NCBI GenBank assembly: GCA_964486045.1
Contig: CAZALK010000004.1
Coordinates: 224,001 to 288,000, forward strand
Source of the DNA: an uncultured archaeon
Lineage (GTDB): Archaea > Asgardarchaeota > Lokiarchaeia > Sigyniarchaeales > SOKP01
Direction: 5' to 3'
Length of the DNA stretch: 64,000 bases
Shown here: piece after piece, positions 10,260 through 20,280 of the stretch
Position numbering within the stretch: the first letter of the stretch is position 1
Layout of the letters: every line of letters begins with the position of its first letter
Notes under the pieces: model-generated
Databases searched by the model: none
Seen by the model: the letters and a program-made list of their open reading frames with translations, nothing else
Told to the model about the DNA's origin: nothing
Program-made: the position numbers and the translations under genes

Positions 10260-11480
10260 TTACTCTATAAAATCCTGACTGGGCAATCCCGGAGGATATC
10301 TCCCCTGTTCTTGCAAGCGACGCATCATTTCATCGCGGAGAATTATGTTAGGGTAAGAGAGCCCCACGCGCGTAAATCCTGGACGGTTATCGCTTAGTAA
10401 GTTGACGTCAAGGGTGTCCGCATATTGGAAATATATGTCGGCAATTTTTTCATTAGCTTCAACAAACCAATCCGCGTTCGGTGGGCGAAACTTTGCATAA
10501 GGAGAACCGGGAGTGGGCACAAATACAAGGGGAGCGCTATAGACGCCTTTTGAAATCCTTTCTTCCAGTCCCTCAACCAACGAGGACATGGGTTCAATTC
10601 CTGTCACCATACTCTGAAAAGTTCCACGACCACGTCCGAATATCTCGACTGCAGTTTCTTGAGCTTCTTTCCAATATTCTTGAGGGTGAGACTTGCTCTT
10701 GCCAGGACATATTGCTTTGAAGTATGCGGGGTCCATAACTTCGAGATCAAATTCGGCGGCATTAATTCCAAGATCTTTCCACTTGTCCATTTCCTCAAAA
10801 TCTTCAGGTGGATACACATTTGCAGCGATATGCAGCTGCGAGAGTATTTTATCATCAAGGGACTCACTTAACCCTGTCATTACTTTTTCGAGACCATTTG
10901 TCATTCTACCGCGTTGTTTCGGAGGGAGTACTCCCCCAGTTATGGCAAATGTGCCCCGCCAGCCGTTTTGAACAGCGATAACAGCCATTTCTATTTGAAA
11001 TGCTGTTAATTGGCGTGTGAAACTAACTGGGAAAGTTTTAATCGCAGGCCTGGCGAAAAGTCCGCAGTATTTACAACCTTGACCTGAGTCGTAGTTATAG
11101 CAGTGATAATTCATGACAATATTGATGATACTGGCTGAACTACCTGAAGTAGAAAATGAAGTTTCAGCAGGTGAACCATTCGTCATCAACTCATTAAGCC
11201 AGGAACGCCGTACTTCCAGTGTCCCCGAACTTATAACTTTTCCCATATCGAAAATAGTCACATTTTCTTCATTAATAACGGCTTCCAAGCGAGAATATAT
11301 ATTTGGTAAAAGAAAAACCACCAATTCGCATCCTTCCATAACAAAGGGACGGAAACTTCTCCCCGTTTTTGGTGACCTCTCCACTTTAAACCGAACGCCT
11401 TCGGAAAGCATCCGAGCTTTAAGATGGATATCTTCTTTAGTAATATTTCTTTTTTCAGTTATGGTCAATTTTATGAGCAC
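10260..11480 (-). CDS. Radical SAM protein with CX8CX2C motif
   Basis: 'CYNYDSGQGCKYC', 'AITGG', 'FDLEVMD...ICPGK', 'VTGIEP' and 'FVPTPGS' TIM-barrel motifs. Confidence 0.8.
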   Translation of the reverse strand: MLIKLTITEKRNITKEDIHLKARMLSEGVRFKVERSPKTGRSFRPFVMEGCELVVFLLPNIYSRLEAVINEENVTIFDMGKVISSGTLEVRRSWLNELMTNGSPAETSFSTSGSSASIINIVMNYHCYNYDSGQGCKYCGLFARPAIKTFPVSFTRQLTAFQIEMAVIAVQNGWRGTFAITGGVLPPKQRGRMTNGLEKVMTGLSESLDDKILSQLHIAANVYPPEDFEEMDKWKDLGINAAEFDLEVMDPAYFKAICPGKSKSHPQEYWKEAQETAVEIFGRGRGTFQSMVTGIEPMSSLVEGLEERISKGVYSAPLVFVPTPGSPYAKFRPPNADWFVEANEKIADIYFQYADTLDVNLLSDNRPGFTRVGLSYPNIILRDEMMRRLQEQGRYPPGLPSQDFIE

Positions 11481-11547
11481 CTATTTCTTTAGGAAGTGAT
11501 ACTCTAAAAAGTCTAAAATATTTTTTTTTAAATATTTCAAGAAAGGA

Positions 11548-13020
11548 TTATGACTCTTTAAATTTTACTTTAAATAACTGAAGGAAAATCAATGCTACAA
11601 TCTGAAAAAACCCCATAGACATTAGTCCTATAGTAAGGATAACCGGATTTGTAGAATTTTCACCTTGAAATATAAACCCGTAGAGTATTGAGGATAATGC
11701 TCCAACTGTACTTGCAGTAAACATCATTAGTCCATTATATGCACCTGAGAGTCGTGTTACTGCTTGATCCTTATTCAGTGATTCCTGGGCATTCTCGATT
11801 AAATGCATCTCGGCGGCACGATCAACCATTTCGTTTAACAATGGTTGGCTGAAAAGAGTAGTTGAATACATACTTCCGATAACTGTGCCAAATGACAATA
11901 CGAAAAAGATTAACCTTAAAGGCACACTCAGTTCAATAAAAAAAATTAACTCAAAGAATGATGCAAATCCCATAATAATCAGGTTCAATTTATAGGTTTT
12001 GAGAAGTTTACCTTGTCTCTTCATTATTATTTTCCAAATAACAAACCATACAAATTTTGTAGAAATACTAATTATGATATATAAAATATAGAAACTACTG
12101 ATTTGTATTGGAAGTAAATTCCGTCCTAATACAAAGGCTATGAAGGGGATAATCGTAAAAGCAAGTGCAAACTGACTCATTTGAGTAATTACTCCAGCAG
12201 CCATAAACTTCATATATTCTTTATCTTTGACCGGAATAAACAAACCTTTAAAAGTATCTTTTATTTTTCTTTTCTCAAAATCTAAGCCTTTTAAATGAAA
12301 ACTCTCGTCGATTGAGAAAAAAGCAATTAGAATACAGATCAATGCTAAAATACCCAAAAAAATTGAAATTGTAGGCAAAGTATTCATTATGAATTTACCA
12401 CTACTAGTCCAATACCCTGTGTCTGTCGAATCGTCAACGAGACTCTGTATAATGATTGGGAATGATGTTCCGATAATTGAACTTATGATCGTTAAGTTTG
12501 CAGATAAAGTTGCGACTTTTTTTCTATTTTTCAATGTTTGAGAAATTTCAGGAAGAATTGAACTGAAAACAATAAGCAATAAACTCCCAAAAATAGCTCT
12601 TATTATGTTCAAAGCCCAATACCATATAGCTGTAGGCCAATATATAACTGTACTTAACATAGCTAGATTTTCAGGTGGGATCCAAGGGGGTAAAAAGGTT
12701 AAAATTGTGGTTATTAGCCAAATTGGTAACGCAATAAGAATATATGGTCTTCTTTTACCTATTCTTTTCGGTTTTGTATTATCCAATATTACACCAAAAA
12801 TTATACTCGAGAATGCCATTGTTACCATACTTAAAGTAGAACCAATTGAGACTAAAATTGAATCCAACCGAATAGTGTATACATAAAACGTATATGAATA
12901 TGATCCTGTAAACATAAACATTAACATAATTCCAAAAAATCCCATAGAATATCCATACAATCTTGTTCCATGGAGCTCTCTTATTGAAGATGAGGTAAGA
13001 CTTTTATCAGGATGTTCCAT
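11548..13020 (-). CDS. MFS transporter (GPH/MelB-like)
   Basis: About 12 hydrophobic segments; 'FGVILDNTKPKRIGKRRPY' motif. Confidence 0.85.
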   Translation of the reverse strand: MEHPDKSLTSSSIRELHGTRLYGYSMGFFGIMLMFMFTGSYSYTFYVYTIRLDSILVSIGSTLSMVTMAFSSIIFGVILDNTKPKRIGKRRPYILIALPIWLITTILTFLPPWIPPENLAMLSTVIYWPTAIWYWALNIIRAIFGSLLLIVFSSILPEISQTLKNRKKVATLSANLTIISSIIGTSFPIIIQSLVDDSTDTGYWTSSGKFIMNTLPTISIFLGILALICILIAFFSIDESFHLKGLDFEKRKIKDTFKGLFIPVKDKEYMKFMAAGVITQMSQFALAFTIIPFIAFVLGRNLLPIQISSFYILYIIISISTKFVWFVIWKIIMKRQGKLLKTYKLNLIIMGFASFFELIFFIELSVPLRLIFFVLSFGTVIGSMYSTTLFSQPLLNEMVDRAAEMHLIENAQESLNKDQAVTRLSGAYNGLMMFTASTVGALSSILYGFIFQGENSTNPVILTIGLMSMGFFQIVALIFLQLFKVKFKES

Positions 13021-13163
13021 TTGGTATCGCGACTCAATTTTGAAATTTTCCTACAAATATTAGGAACATAATTATTTACTGAAATTAAAAGTTTAGATTG
13101 GGTTGAAAAGGTGTGATAAAAGAATTGAATAATTTTTTTAACCTTTCAAAATTTTGATCATGT

Positions 13164-14378
13164 ATGACTTTAGCATTAGAGAATGTTACGATTTTAGATT
13201 TATCACGTATGCTGCCAGGACCATATTGTACTATGATCTTATCCGATCTTGGAGCAGAAGTCATTCGTGTTGAGAACCCAAGCGATCCTATGAGTAATCT
13301 ACCCCCTTTTTTCCGGAAGGGCGACTATTATGAGAGCGCTTTTAATGCTGTTCTCATGAGAAATAAAAAATCAATAACATTAAATTTGAAAACCGATGAA
13401 GCCAGGAATATATTCTATGAACTAGTTAAAAAAGCTGACGTTGTCATGGATACTTTTCGACCAAAGGTTATGGCAAAGTTAAAAATTGATTATAAAACAT
13501 TATCAGCAATTAATCCTTCAATAATCTGTTGTTCTATGACTGGTTATGGACAATATGGTCCTTACGAGCAAAAGGCAGGTCATGATATAAATTACATAGG
13601 AATAAGTGGAATTTTAGATGCTACTCGAGTAAGAGCTGTATATGGGAAGGAAGACCAAGAGAGACCGCCTTTAGTTCCGGGCCTTTCCCCGGCAGATATT
13701 GGAGGAGCATTAGTCGCAGCTATAGGTATACTCAGTGCTCTTTTTGAGAGAGACCAAAACCCAGAAAGAAGAGGTCAATTCGTGGATATCTCGATGACAG
13801 ATTCTACCTTTTTTTTCCAGCCTCTTGCTGCTGCAAGTAAATTTGTGAGAGATTTAAGCGGAAAAAAAGGATGGGGCTCAGGTGGGGGCAGTGGTTCTCC
13901 ATTTTATGGTGTTTATAGAACAAAAGATCACAAATATATAGCAGTTGGAGCAATTGAGCCGAAGTTTTGGCACGCTCTCTGTGAAGGATTAGAAAGAGAG
14001 GATTTGAAAGGAAAGCAATATGTTCGGGGAGAAGAAAATGAAAAAATTATTGCTGAAGTGCAAAGTGAATTCTTAAAGAAGACTCAGGCAGAATGGCTCA
14101 AACATTTTGAAAATTTCGATACTTGCGTCTCAGCTGTTAAAAATTTTTGGGAAGCATGTGAGGATCCACAAATTTTAGCTCGAGAAATGATTGTAAAAAT
14201 GGATCACCCTATTTTAGGAAAGGTTCAAAATCTTGGTTCACCGATTAAATTGTCTAGGACACCAGCTATAATTAGAAGTTTTGCTCCAAAACAAGGTCAA
14301 AATACAGAAGAAATTTTGAAATCTCTTAATTATTCTGAGGAAGACTTTCAAAATTTTAAAAGAAATAAAATTGTATAA
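13164..14378 (+). CDS. Class III CoA-transferase (CaiB/BaiF, AMACR-like)
   Basis: 'LDLSRMLPGPYCTMILSDLGAEVIRVE', 'RNKKSITLNLK', 'GHDINY'. Confidence 0.92.
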   Translation: MTLALENVTILDLSRMLPGPYCTMILSDLGAEVIRVENPSDPMSNLPPFFRKGDYYESAFNAVLMRNKKSITLNLKTDEARNIFYELVKKADVVMDTFRPKVMAKLKIDYKTLSAINPSIICCSMTGYGQYGPYEQKAGHDINYIGISGILDATRVRAVYGKEDQERPPLVPGLSPADIGGALVAAIGILSALFERDQNPERRGQFVDISMTDSTFFFQPLAAASKFVRDLSGKKGWGSGGGSGSPFYGVYRTKDHKYIAVGAIEPKFWHALCEGLEREDLKGKQYVRGEENEKIIAEVQSEFLKKTQAEWLKHFENFDTCVSAVKNFWEACEDPQILAREMIVKMDHPILGKVQNLGSPIKLSRTPAIIRSFAPKQGQNTEEILKSLNYSEEDFQNFKRNKIV

Positions 14379-14415
14379 ATTTATTTTTTAAAATAATTTT
14401 AGGTTATATAAACCT

Positions 14416-15285
14416 TCATTCATTTTTTTCTTCAAGTATAGAGAATGGATTCTCTCCTTGTTCATCAAGCAATGTATTATGATTAGCTTCCATTTCACGG
14501 GATTGCCCATCAACATTTAGAAACATATTCATCCTAGCCTTCGAAGAGGGTAACGCAACAGCTTGCCCAAATAGGTATTGTTCTTCCAAGAGAGCATCTA
14601 CAATTGGTAGTTCTACTCCTGCTAGTACAGATTTTTTTGCAATGGCTATTGATTCCGCAGGAAATGACGCTATCCTATAAGCTAAATTTTCAACATAGAG
14701 GGTTAATTTATCTGGTGGAAGGGCACGGTTAATTAATCCATAAAGCTCGGCCAACTCAGCAGGAAAATCATGACCTCCAAGAACAATCTCCATTGCACGC
14801 CTTCGTCCAACAGTGCGAGGAATTCTAATTGTCCCTCCCCCTCCTGGTATAATTCCGACACCAATTTCTGGTTGAGCAAATACTGCTTTCCCGAGCTCAC
14901 CAAATATCATATCGAAACTCTGAATGAATTCAAATCCTCCTCCACGTACTATTCCTTCAACTTTAGCAATTGAAACCTTCGACATCGTACGATATGTTTC
15001 ATTTATCATATGGACTGTGCCCTCGAGGTTTTCTTTTTTTGGTGCAGCTTCATCAGGCATTACAACTAAACCAGAGACATCAAAGTGTGCAATAAAGAAA
15101 TCAGGATCAGCGCTATCAAAAACCAAAACTCGTACGTTATCATCATTTTGAACAGTTTGAGCAAGACCCGCAAATTCCATTATCATTTGCATATTCAAAA
15201 GATTCATCGGGGGGTTTTCAATTGTCACAAATGCAACGCCTCTATCTACTTTCACTTTTAACATTTTAAGATTGTCGTAACTCAT
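14416..15285 (-). CDS. Enoyl-CoA hydratase/isomerase family
   Basis: 'NPPMNL', 'FFIAHFD', 'RGGGFEF', 'QPEIGVGIIPGGGG'. Confidence 0.9.
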   Translation of the reverse strand: MSYDNLKMLKVKVDRGVAFVTIENPPMNLLNMQMIMEFAGLAQTVQNDDNVRVLVFDSADPDFFIAHFDVSGLVVMPDEAAPKKENLEGTVHMINETYRTMSKVSIAKVEGIVRGGGFEFIQSFDMIFGELGKAVFAQPEIGVGIIPGGGGTIRIPRTVGRRRAMEIVLGGHDFPAELAELYGLINRALPPDKLTLYVENLAYRIASFPAESIAIAKKSVLAGVELPIVDALLEEQYLFGQAVALPSSKARMNMFLNVDGQSREMEANHNTLLDEQGENPFSILEEKNE

Positions 15286-15445
15286 CTTTTTTCATCCTTT
15301 CCATTTATACATATTATAAATTCTTTGATTATTGATTTAGGAATTTATCCTATGAACTTAGTTTAAGCAGAAATATATTTATAAGTTTTGAATTGAGAAA
15401 AAATGAAACTAAATCAAAAAAATAGGGTAAGTAAAAAAAAAAGGA

Positions 15446-16297
15446 TTAAAGATTGTCCCCTAATATTTTTTGCATTTCTTCTAATCTCCTTTTGGGACCT
15501 AATTCACTCTCACGTGTTTGCAACCCGGAATCAAGAACCTGGTTCATCCTTACTTTAGATTCCCCTGATCCTGCTGCTATACCAAAAAGATGACCCTCCT
15601 CAAGTAAACCTTCTTTACGGGGCATTTCCTCAGCAACAACAACAGATCTTTTAACAAGAGCTATAGTTTCAGCCGAAATATAAGCTATGCTATTAGCTAA
15701 AATCTCAACAAACTGTCCAATCTTATCTGCTGGTAATGCTCTATTAATCCAACCATATCGCTCTGCCATCTTAGCAGAGTAAGGCATTAATCCTAACATG
15801 GCTTCTAATGATCGAGATCTTCCCATTAAGCGTGTTAGCCAATGTGTCCCCCCGCCTCCGGCAATAATTCCTACTGCTGCTTCAGTTTGGGAGAAAACAG
15901 CCTTTCCAATCGCTCCAAAACGCATATCAAGAGAAAGACAGAATTCATTTCCTCCTCCACCCACTATTCCTTCGATCTTTGCAATCGTTACTTTAGGTAA
16001 TGTCCGAAATTCCATAAAATACTTTTTCCAGCCTTGTAATTCTTTGGCTGCAGGTGCAGCTTCTTCTGGGAAATCAGTTAAAGCAGTGACATCAAAATGT
16101 GAAATAAAGATTTCCGGATCAGCACTTTGAAAAACAATAACTTTTACATCATCATCTGCTTTGACTTGATTGAAAAAACGTTCCATATCCTCTAAAAAAG
16201 CCATGTTAATTAAATTTACAGGGGGATTATCAATTGTCACCCATGCTATACTATTTTTTACTTCAATCTTCCATACTTTATAATCTTTATACTCCAT
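15446..16297 (-). CDS. Enoyl-CoA hydratase/isomerase family
   Basis: 'NPPVNL', 'FISHFD', 'GGGGNEF', 'QTEAAVGIIAGGGG'; paralog of its neighbours. Confidence 0.9.
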   Translation of the reverse strand: MEYKDYKVWKIEVKNSIAWVTIDNPPVNLINMAFLEDMERFFNQVKADDDVKVIVFQSADPEIFISHFDVTALTDFPEEAAPAAKELQGWKKYFMEFRTLPKVTIAKIEGIVGGGGNEFCLSLDMRFGAIGKAVFSQTEAAVGIIAGGGGTHWLTRLMGRSRSLEAMLGLMPYSAKMAERYGWINRALPADKIGQFVEILANSIAYISAETIALVKRSVVVAEEMPRKEGLLEEGHLFGIAAGSGESKVRMNQVLDSGLQTRESELGPKRRLEEMQKILGDNL

Positions 16298-16422
16298 ATT
16301 TTTAACCTTAATTTTACTAATTTTATTAATATTTTTGACAAAGTATCAAATAAGAAGTTTTTTCTTATGACCCTTAAAAAGATAAAAAAATCTTAGTGTG
16401 GTAGAAAATAATCAATATCTGT

Positions 16423-17307
16423 TTACCAATGAATAATTTTAAGGTTATCTCTGGGTTGTGTCATATATAACCACCATTTTTCTAACCATGGAGAGTAGTT
16501 TCCCTTATCTTGAGCTGATTCAACCAATATTCTTCGTATAATTCGTAATTCTTGACTAATTGGATGATCCGCTTCAGAACCTTTAAACCGAAGATTATCT
16601 TTTGCAATAAGATCGAGGATTTTCTCAACACTTGAAGTAAGTTTTTTCCCTGTAGGGGTTTGAGATGCAGCATAATAAAGCCATTTATCATAAGGATATG
16701 GTTCACCATCAAGAACCATAGCTGCCCTCAAAGCATGAGCTATTGCTTTAGGTAATGATAATAAAACACCAACTGGATCCTGTCTCTCCATCGGATTATC
16801 GCATGCACGATGCTCACTTCGCATTTCTACATAATGAAAAAAGAAAAATAAATCACTTACTTCTTTTCTCATTAGCTGACACGCTAACTTAATTAGCTCA
16901 TTTCCTATACCAGACTTATCTATCACAATTTCTGCATTTCTTAATTGAAAGACAATATCCATATCGCTCTGGTCATAATAATTTTTAAGCTGATGGAAAC
17001 GTTCTGAGAAATCTTCAGTTGATTCTGCATTTAAATGACCTGGTTTATTATTAATCTCAAGATCAAAAAACAATGAATCAGAAACTCTCTTAAGATCAAC
17101 CAGTTCTTCTTCGGGAATTAGGAACCAGAGATCGATATCCGAAAAAGGATCATCAAATCCTAGTGTAATCGACCCATGAAGTATTACAGAAGCATTCTCT
17201 TGAAAGTTCTTAAGTATTGGGTGTTGTTCAAGAAATCCAGGAATATATTTCTTTATTTTTCTCACCCAATCATCCTTCCTTTCGATATTTGGGGTAAATA
17301 TTGTCAT
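16423..17307 (-). CDS. Pol-beta-superfamily nucleotidyltransferase-domain protein (DUF4037-like C-terminus)
   Basis: 'VILHGSITLGFDDPFSDIDLW' (GS..DxD) and 'PYPYDKWL' in the helical C-terminal region. Confidence 0.7.
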   Translation of the reverse strand: MTIFTPNIERKDDWVRKIKKYIPGFLEQHPILKNFQENASVILHGSITLGFDDPFSDIDLWFLIPEEELVDLKRVSDSLFFDLEINNKPGHLNAESTEDFSERFHQLKNYYDQSDMDIVFQLRNAEIVIDKSGIGNELIKLACQLMRKEVSDLFFFFHYVEMRSEHRACDNPMERQDPVGVLLSLPKAIAHALRAAMVLDGEPYPYDKWLYYAASQTPTGKKLTSSVEKILDLIAKDNLRFKGSEADHPISQELRIIRRILVESAQDKGNYSPWLEKWWLYMTQPRDNLKIIHW

Positions 17308-17416
17308 GCTTTTTATTATGTTACAAACTTTTTTATCTTAATTAATTAGGAAAACATCTTAAAGTTTGTAAATGTGGAAAAAAAAAGAATATTTTTTGGC
17401 TCTTGTTTTAAGAGTA

Positions 17417-18265
17417 TTACTTTTCTTCAAGTTTTTTAGTATACTCATCTACTACTTTAAAGATATCAAGTTCACCCTCACGTGTCTGACCACCCATTTG
17501 AACAAACAACCCCATTCTTTCTTTCGCAGCCGCTGATACGCACGTAAGATTGAATAAATGAGTTTCTTCTATCAATCCTTCTACAACAGGCTTTTCTAGA
17601 GCTAGTAAGACGGCTTTTTTTGCTATAGCGATTGTTTCTGCCGGATATGATGCAATCCGATACGCAAGTTCTTCTACAAATGGTGTTAATTCTTCCGGTG
17701 GAAGAGCACGATTAATATACCCATATTTTTCAGCAATATCTGCAGGAAAATCCATGCCACCTACTACAACTTCCATAGCTCGAGACCTTCCTATTAGCCG
17801 TGGGAGTCTTTGAGTGCCACCACCTCCAGGAATAATACCCAATGGTACCTCAATTTGACCTAAAATTGCTTTTCCTAGAGCCCCAAACCGCATATCTAAA
17901 GCTAAACAAAATTCACTCCCTCCCCCTCGAACTCGACCTTCAATTTTTGCTATTGATATCTTTGGCATAGTCCGATATGCCTCTTGCAATTGATGACCCC
18001 CATGTAATTCAGTCGGCTTTGGTGGTGCCTCGTCTGGATATTTAAGCAAGAGATTTACATCATAATGAGCAATAAAATAATCAGGATCGGCACTATCAAA
18101 AATTATTACTTTAACATTATCATCTTTAGCGACTTGATATGCTAACTTACCAAACTCTCCATAGAGTTCATTTGTTAATATATTCATAGGTGGATTATTA
18201 ATAGTTGCGAATAATACGCCACGATCTACACGAATTTCCAAAAGTTCGAACCCATCATAAGACAT
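17417..18265 (-). CDS. Enoyl-CoA hydratase/isomerase family
   Basis: 'NPPMNI', 'YFIAHYD', 'RGGGSEF', 'QIEVPLGIIPGGGGTQRL'. Confidence 0.9.
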   Translation of the reverse strand: MSYDGFELLEIRVDRGVLFATINNPPMNILTNELYGEFGKLAYQVAKDDNVKVIIFDSADPDYFIAHYDVNLLLKYPDEAPPKPTELHGGHQLQEAYRTMPKISIAKIEGRVRGGGSEFCLALDMRFGALGKAILGQIEVPLGIIPGGGGTQRLPRLIGRSRAMEVVVGGMDFPADIAEKYGYINRALPPEELTPFVEELAYRIASYPAETIAIAKKAVLLALEKPVVEGLIEETHLFNLTCVSAAAKERMGLFVQMGGQTREGELDIFKVVDEYTKKLEEK

Positions 18266-18425
18266 TTCATATTTTCCTCCTAATTAGTCATAAATTTAAC
18301 AATAAATATTGTGTTACTACCTAGCTTAATATAAAATAATATATAGATTTTGAAAAATAAAACACAATGATGAAGAATAGGAAATTAGTGTTAGTAAATT
18401 AAATTAAATAGGAGCTGTTGAATGA

Positions 18426-20207
18426 TTAAAATTTCAATTTTCCAGCTTTTACTTGTTCATACAAATCAGGACTGAAGGGGATATAAGATTTTTTGGATGC
18501 ATCCCAACAATAAATTCGGTCTTTTACCTTTTCAATGTCATATCCTTCTCGCTTTAGGTCAACTTTTGTAATTTTATATGAACCGGTCAAAGCGAGAACT
18601 TCCCGAATTCGGAGAAAGACTGGAACAGAATATTTAGGTAAAGCCTCGCTGATAAATTTTGAAACGGTGCTTATATCGATCTCCGAAGCGGATTCAACCA
18701 TTAATGATGCCATACCTGCTTTCCCTTCGGTTTTTGGAATAGATACTCCATAAACTGCACTTGATAGAACCATTTCATTAATATCGAGGATATTTTCGAC
18801 TTCTAGGGTTGAAACATTCTCTCCCTTCCACCTAAAAGTATCACCAAATCTGTCAGCAAAACTAACCCAGTGGTCATCATGTAAATTCAAAAAATCAAAA
18901 GTTTTAAAATAAGCATCTCCCTGCTCAAAAACATTTTGGATTAATCTTTGTTTGGTTTTTTCATTATCCCGGTACTTCGTATAATTTTCAACATCTTCGA
19001 TTTTTAGAAGAGACATTCCTGTATCTCCTGATATACATCTTATCATAAAACCATCCTCATTTTTTAATAATTCTCCTGTTTCGGCATTTACTTTCGCAAT
19101 CGCAGAATTTGGATTAGTATTCCGTCCGATCATACCAGGAACTTCATCAAAATTAACTAACGGACCAAAACCTTCTGTTGATGAATAATATTCATAAATA
19201 TGCTCAATATTGAATCGGGATTTAAATTCTAACCAAATATCTTTTCTAAGACCTAGACCTATTAATTTTTTGAGGGTATGATTCTTATCTTGATCAGAGA
19301 GAGGTCGATTTAGAAGATAGCGAGGAATTTCACCAATATAAAACGCTACTGAAACATTATATTTCCGGATATCGTTCCAATAATTTGAAACTGAGAATCT
19401 TTTCGCTAAAACAAATGTTGAACCCGCGTATGCTGCATTTCCCCATGCTGTACACTGGCCAAGAGAATGATACAAAGGTGTAACTGAATAGATAACATCA
19501 TCAGAATCTAGATGCGCAAGACAAGATCCATAATATAATCCATTAAATGGAAAAGCCCAATTAGGAATTATTACAGCTTTTGGTAAACCTGTCGTTCCAG
19601 AGGTATAAATGTATTCAGCAGTATCTGCTAATTTTGAATCGTGAGTAGTAGGAGGATTTTCTTTAGAGGAAAGTTTCAAATCTTCGCTTAAATCCATATA
19701 TTTATGGGTTTTCTTTTCGGAATTATTTACAACAAAAATATTTTCTTTTTCAATTGATAATTCATCTACGATTTCGTCAAAAAACTCTAAAAATTTTACA
19801 TCTCCGATTATAACCCATTTTGGACTAACTATTTCTATAGCATGAATAAGTGCTTGCTTTCTCTGATTAAGGTTAATCAATGCACTTACCCCTTGGATTT
19901 TGTTGATACCCACTGTGATAAAAATATAATCAGGTGAATTTTCATGAATCAAAGCAATTATGTCTCCCGGTTCCAGACCTATACTACGGAAGTAATTAGA
20001 AACAGCATTACTTTCGTCATTAATTTGACCCCAAGTAAAAGATTCATCCTCAAAATATAAACCGACTTTGTCAGTTTTTTCCTTAGCCCAATGTTCAATC
20101 AAAGTTCCAAGACTTTGTTGGTTAGGATTTTCTCCTAATTTTGGAAGTTCTGCTAAGTATTTTTCTCTAGCTATTGATTCTTTTTCAGTTAAAATTGGTG
20201 GCTCCAT
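18426..20207 (-). CDS. Long-chain acyl-CoA synthetase (FATP/FadD6-like)
   Basis: 'YIYTSGTTGLPKA', 'YIGEIPRYL', 'DRFGDTFRWKGENVST', 'GKAGMA'. Confidence 0.9.
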   Translation of the reverse strand: MEPPILTEKESIAREKYLAELPKLGENPNQQSLGTLIEHWAKEKTDKVGLYFEDESFTWGQINDESNAVSNYFRSIGLEPGDIIALIHENSPDYIFITVGINKIQGVSALINLNQRKQALIHAIEIVSPKWVIIGDVKFLEFFDEIVDELSIEKENIFVVNNSEKKTHKYMDLSEDLKLSSKENPPTTHDSKLADTAEYIYTSGTTGLPKAVIIPNWAFPFNGLYYGSCLAHLDSDDVIYSVTPLYHSLGQCTAWGNAAYAGSTFVLAKRFSVSNYWNDIRKYNVSVAFYIGEIPRYLLNRPLSDQDKNHTLKKLIGLGLRKDIWLEFKSRFNIEHIYEYYSSTEGFGPLVNFDEVPGMIGRNTNPNSAIAKVNAETGELLKNEDGFMIRCISGDTGMSLLKIEDVENYTKYRDNEKTKQRLIQNVFEQGDAYFKTFDFLNLHDDHWVSFADRFGDTFRWKGENVSTLEVENILDINEMVLSSAVYGVSIPKTEGKAGMASLMVESASEIDISTVSKFISEALPKYSVPVFLRIREVLALTGSYKITKVDLKREGYDIEKVKDRIYCWDASKKSYIPFSPDLYEQVKAGKLKF

Positions 20208-20280
20208 AGTGATTCAATAATAATTTCTGAATAATTCTTAGATATAAATTAATAATAAAAAATCAAAAAAAAATAAAAAC

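Noticed and set aside
10260-11480. Radical SAM protein as the anaerobic sulfatase maturase
   Set aside because: Lacks the canonical CX3CX2C motif and the SPASM Cys clusters of anSME
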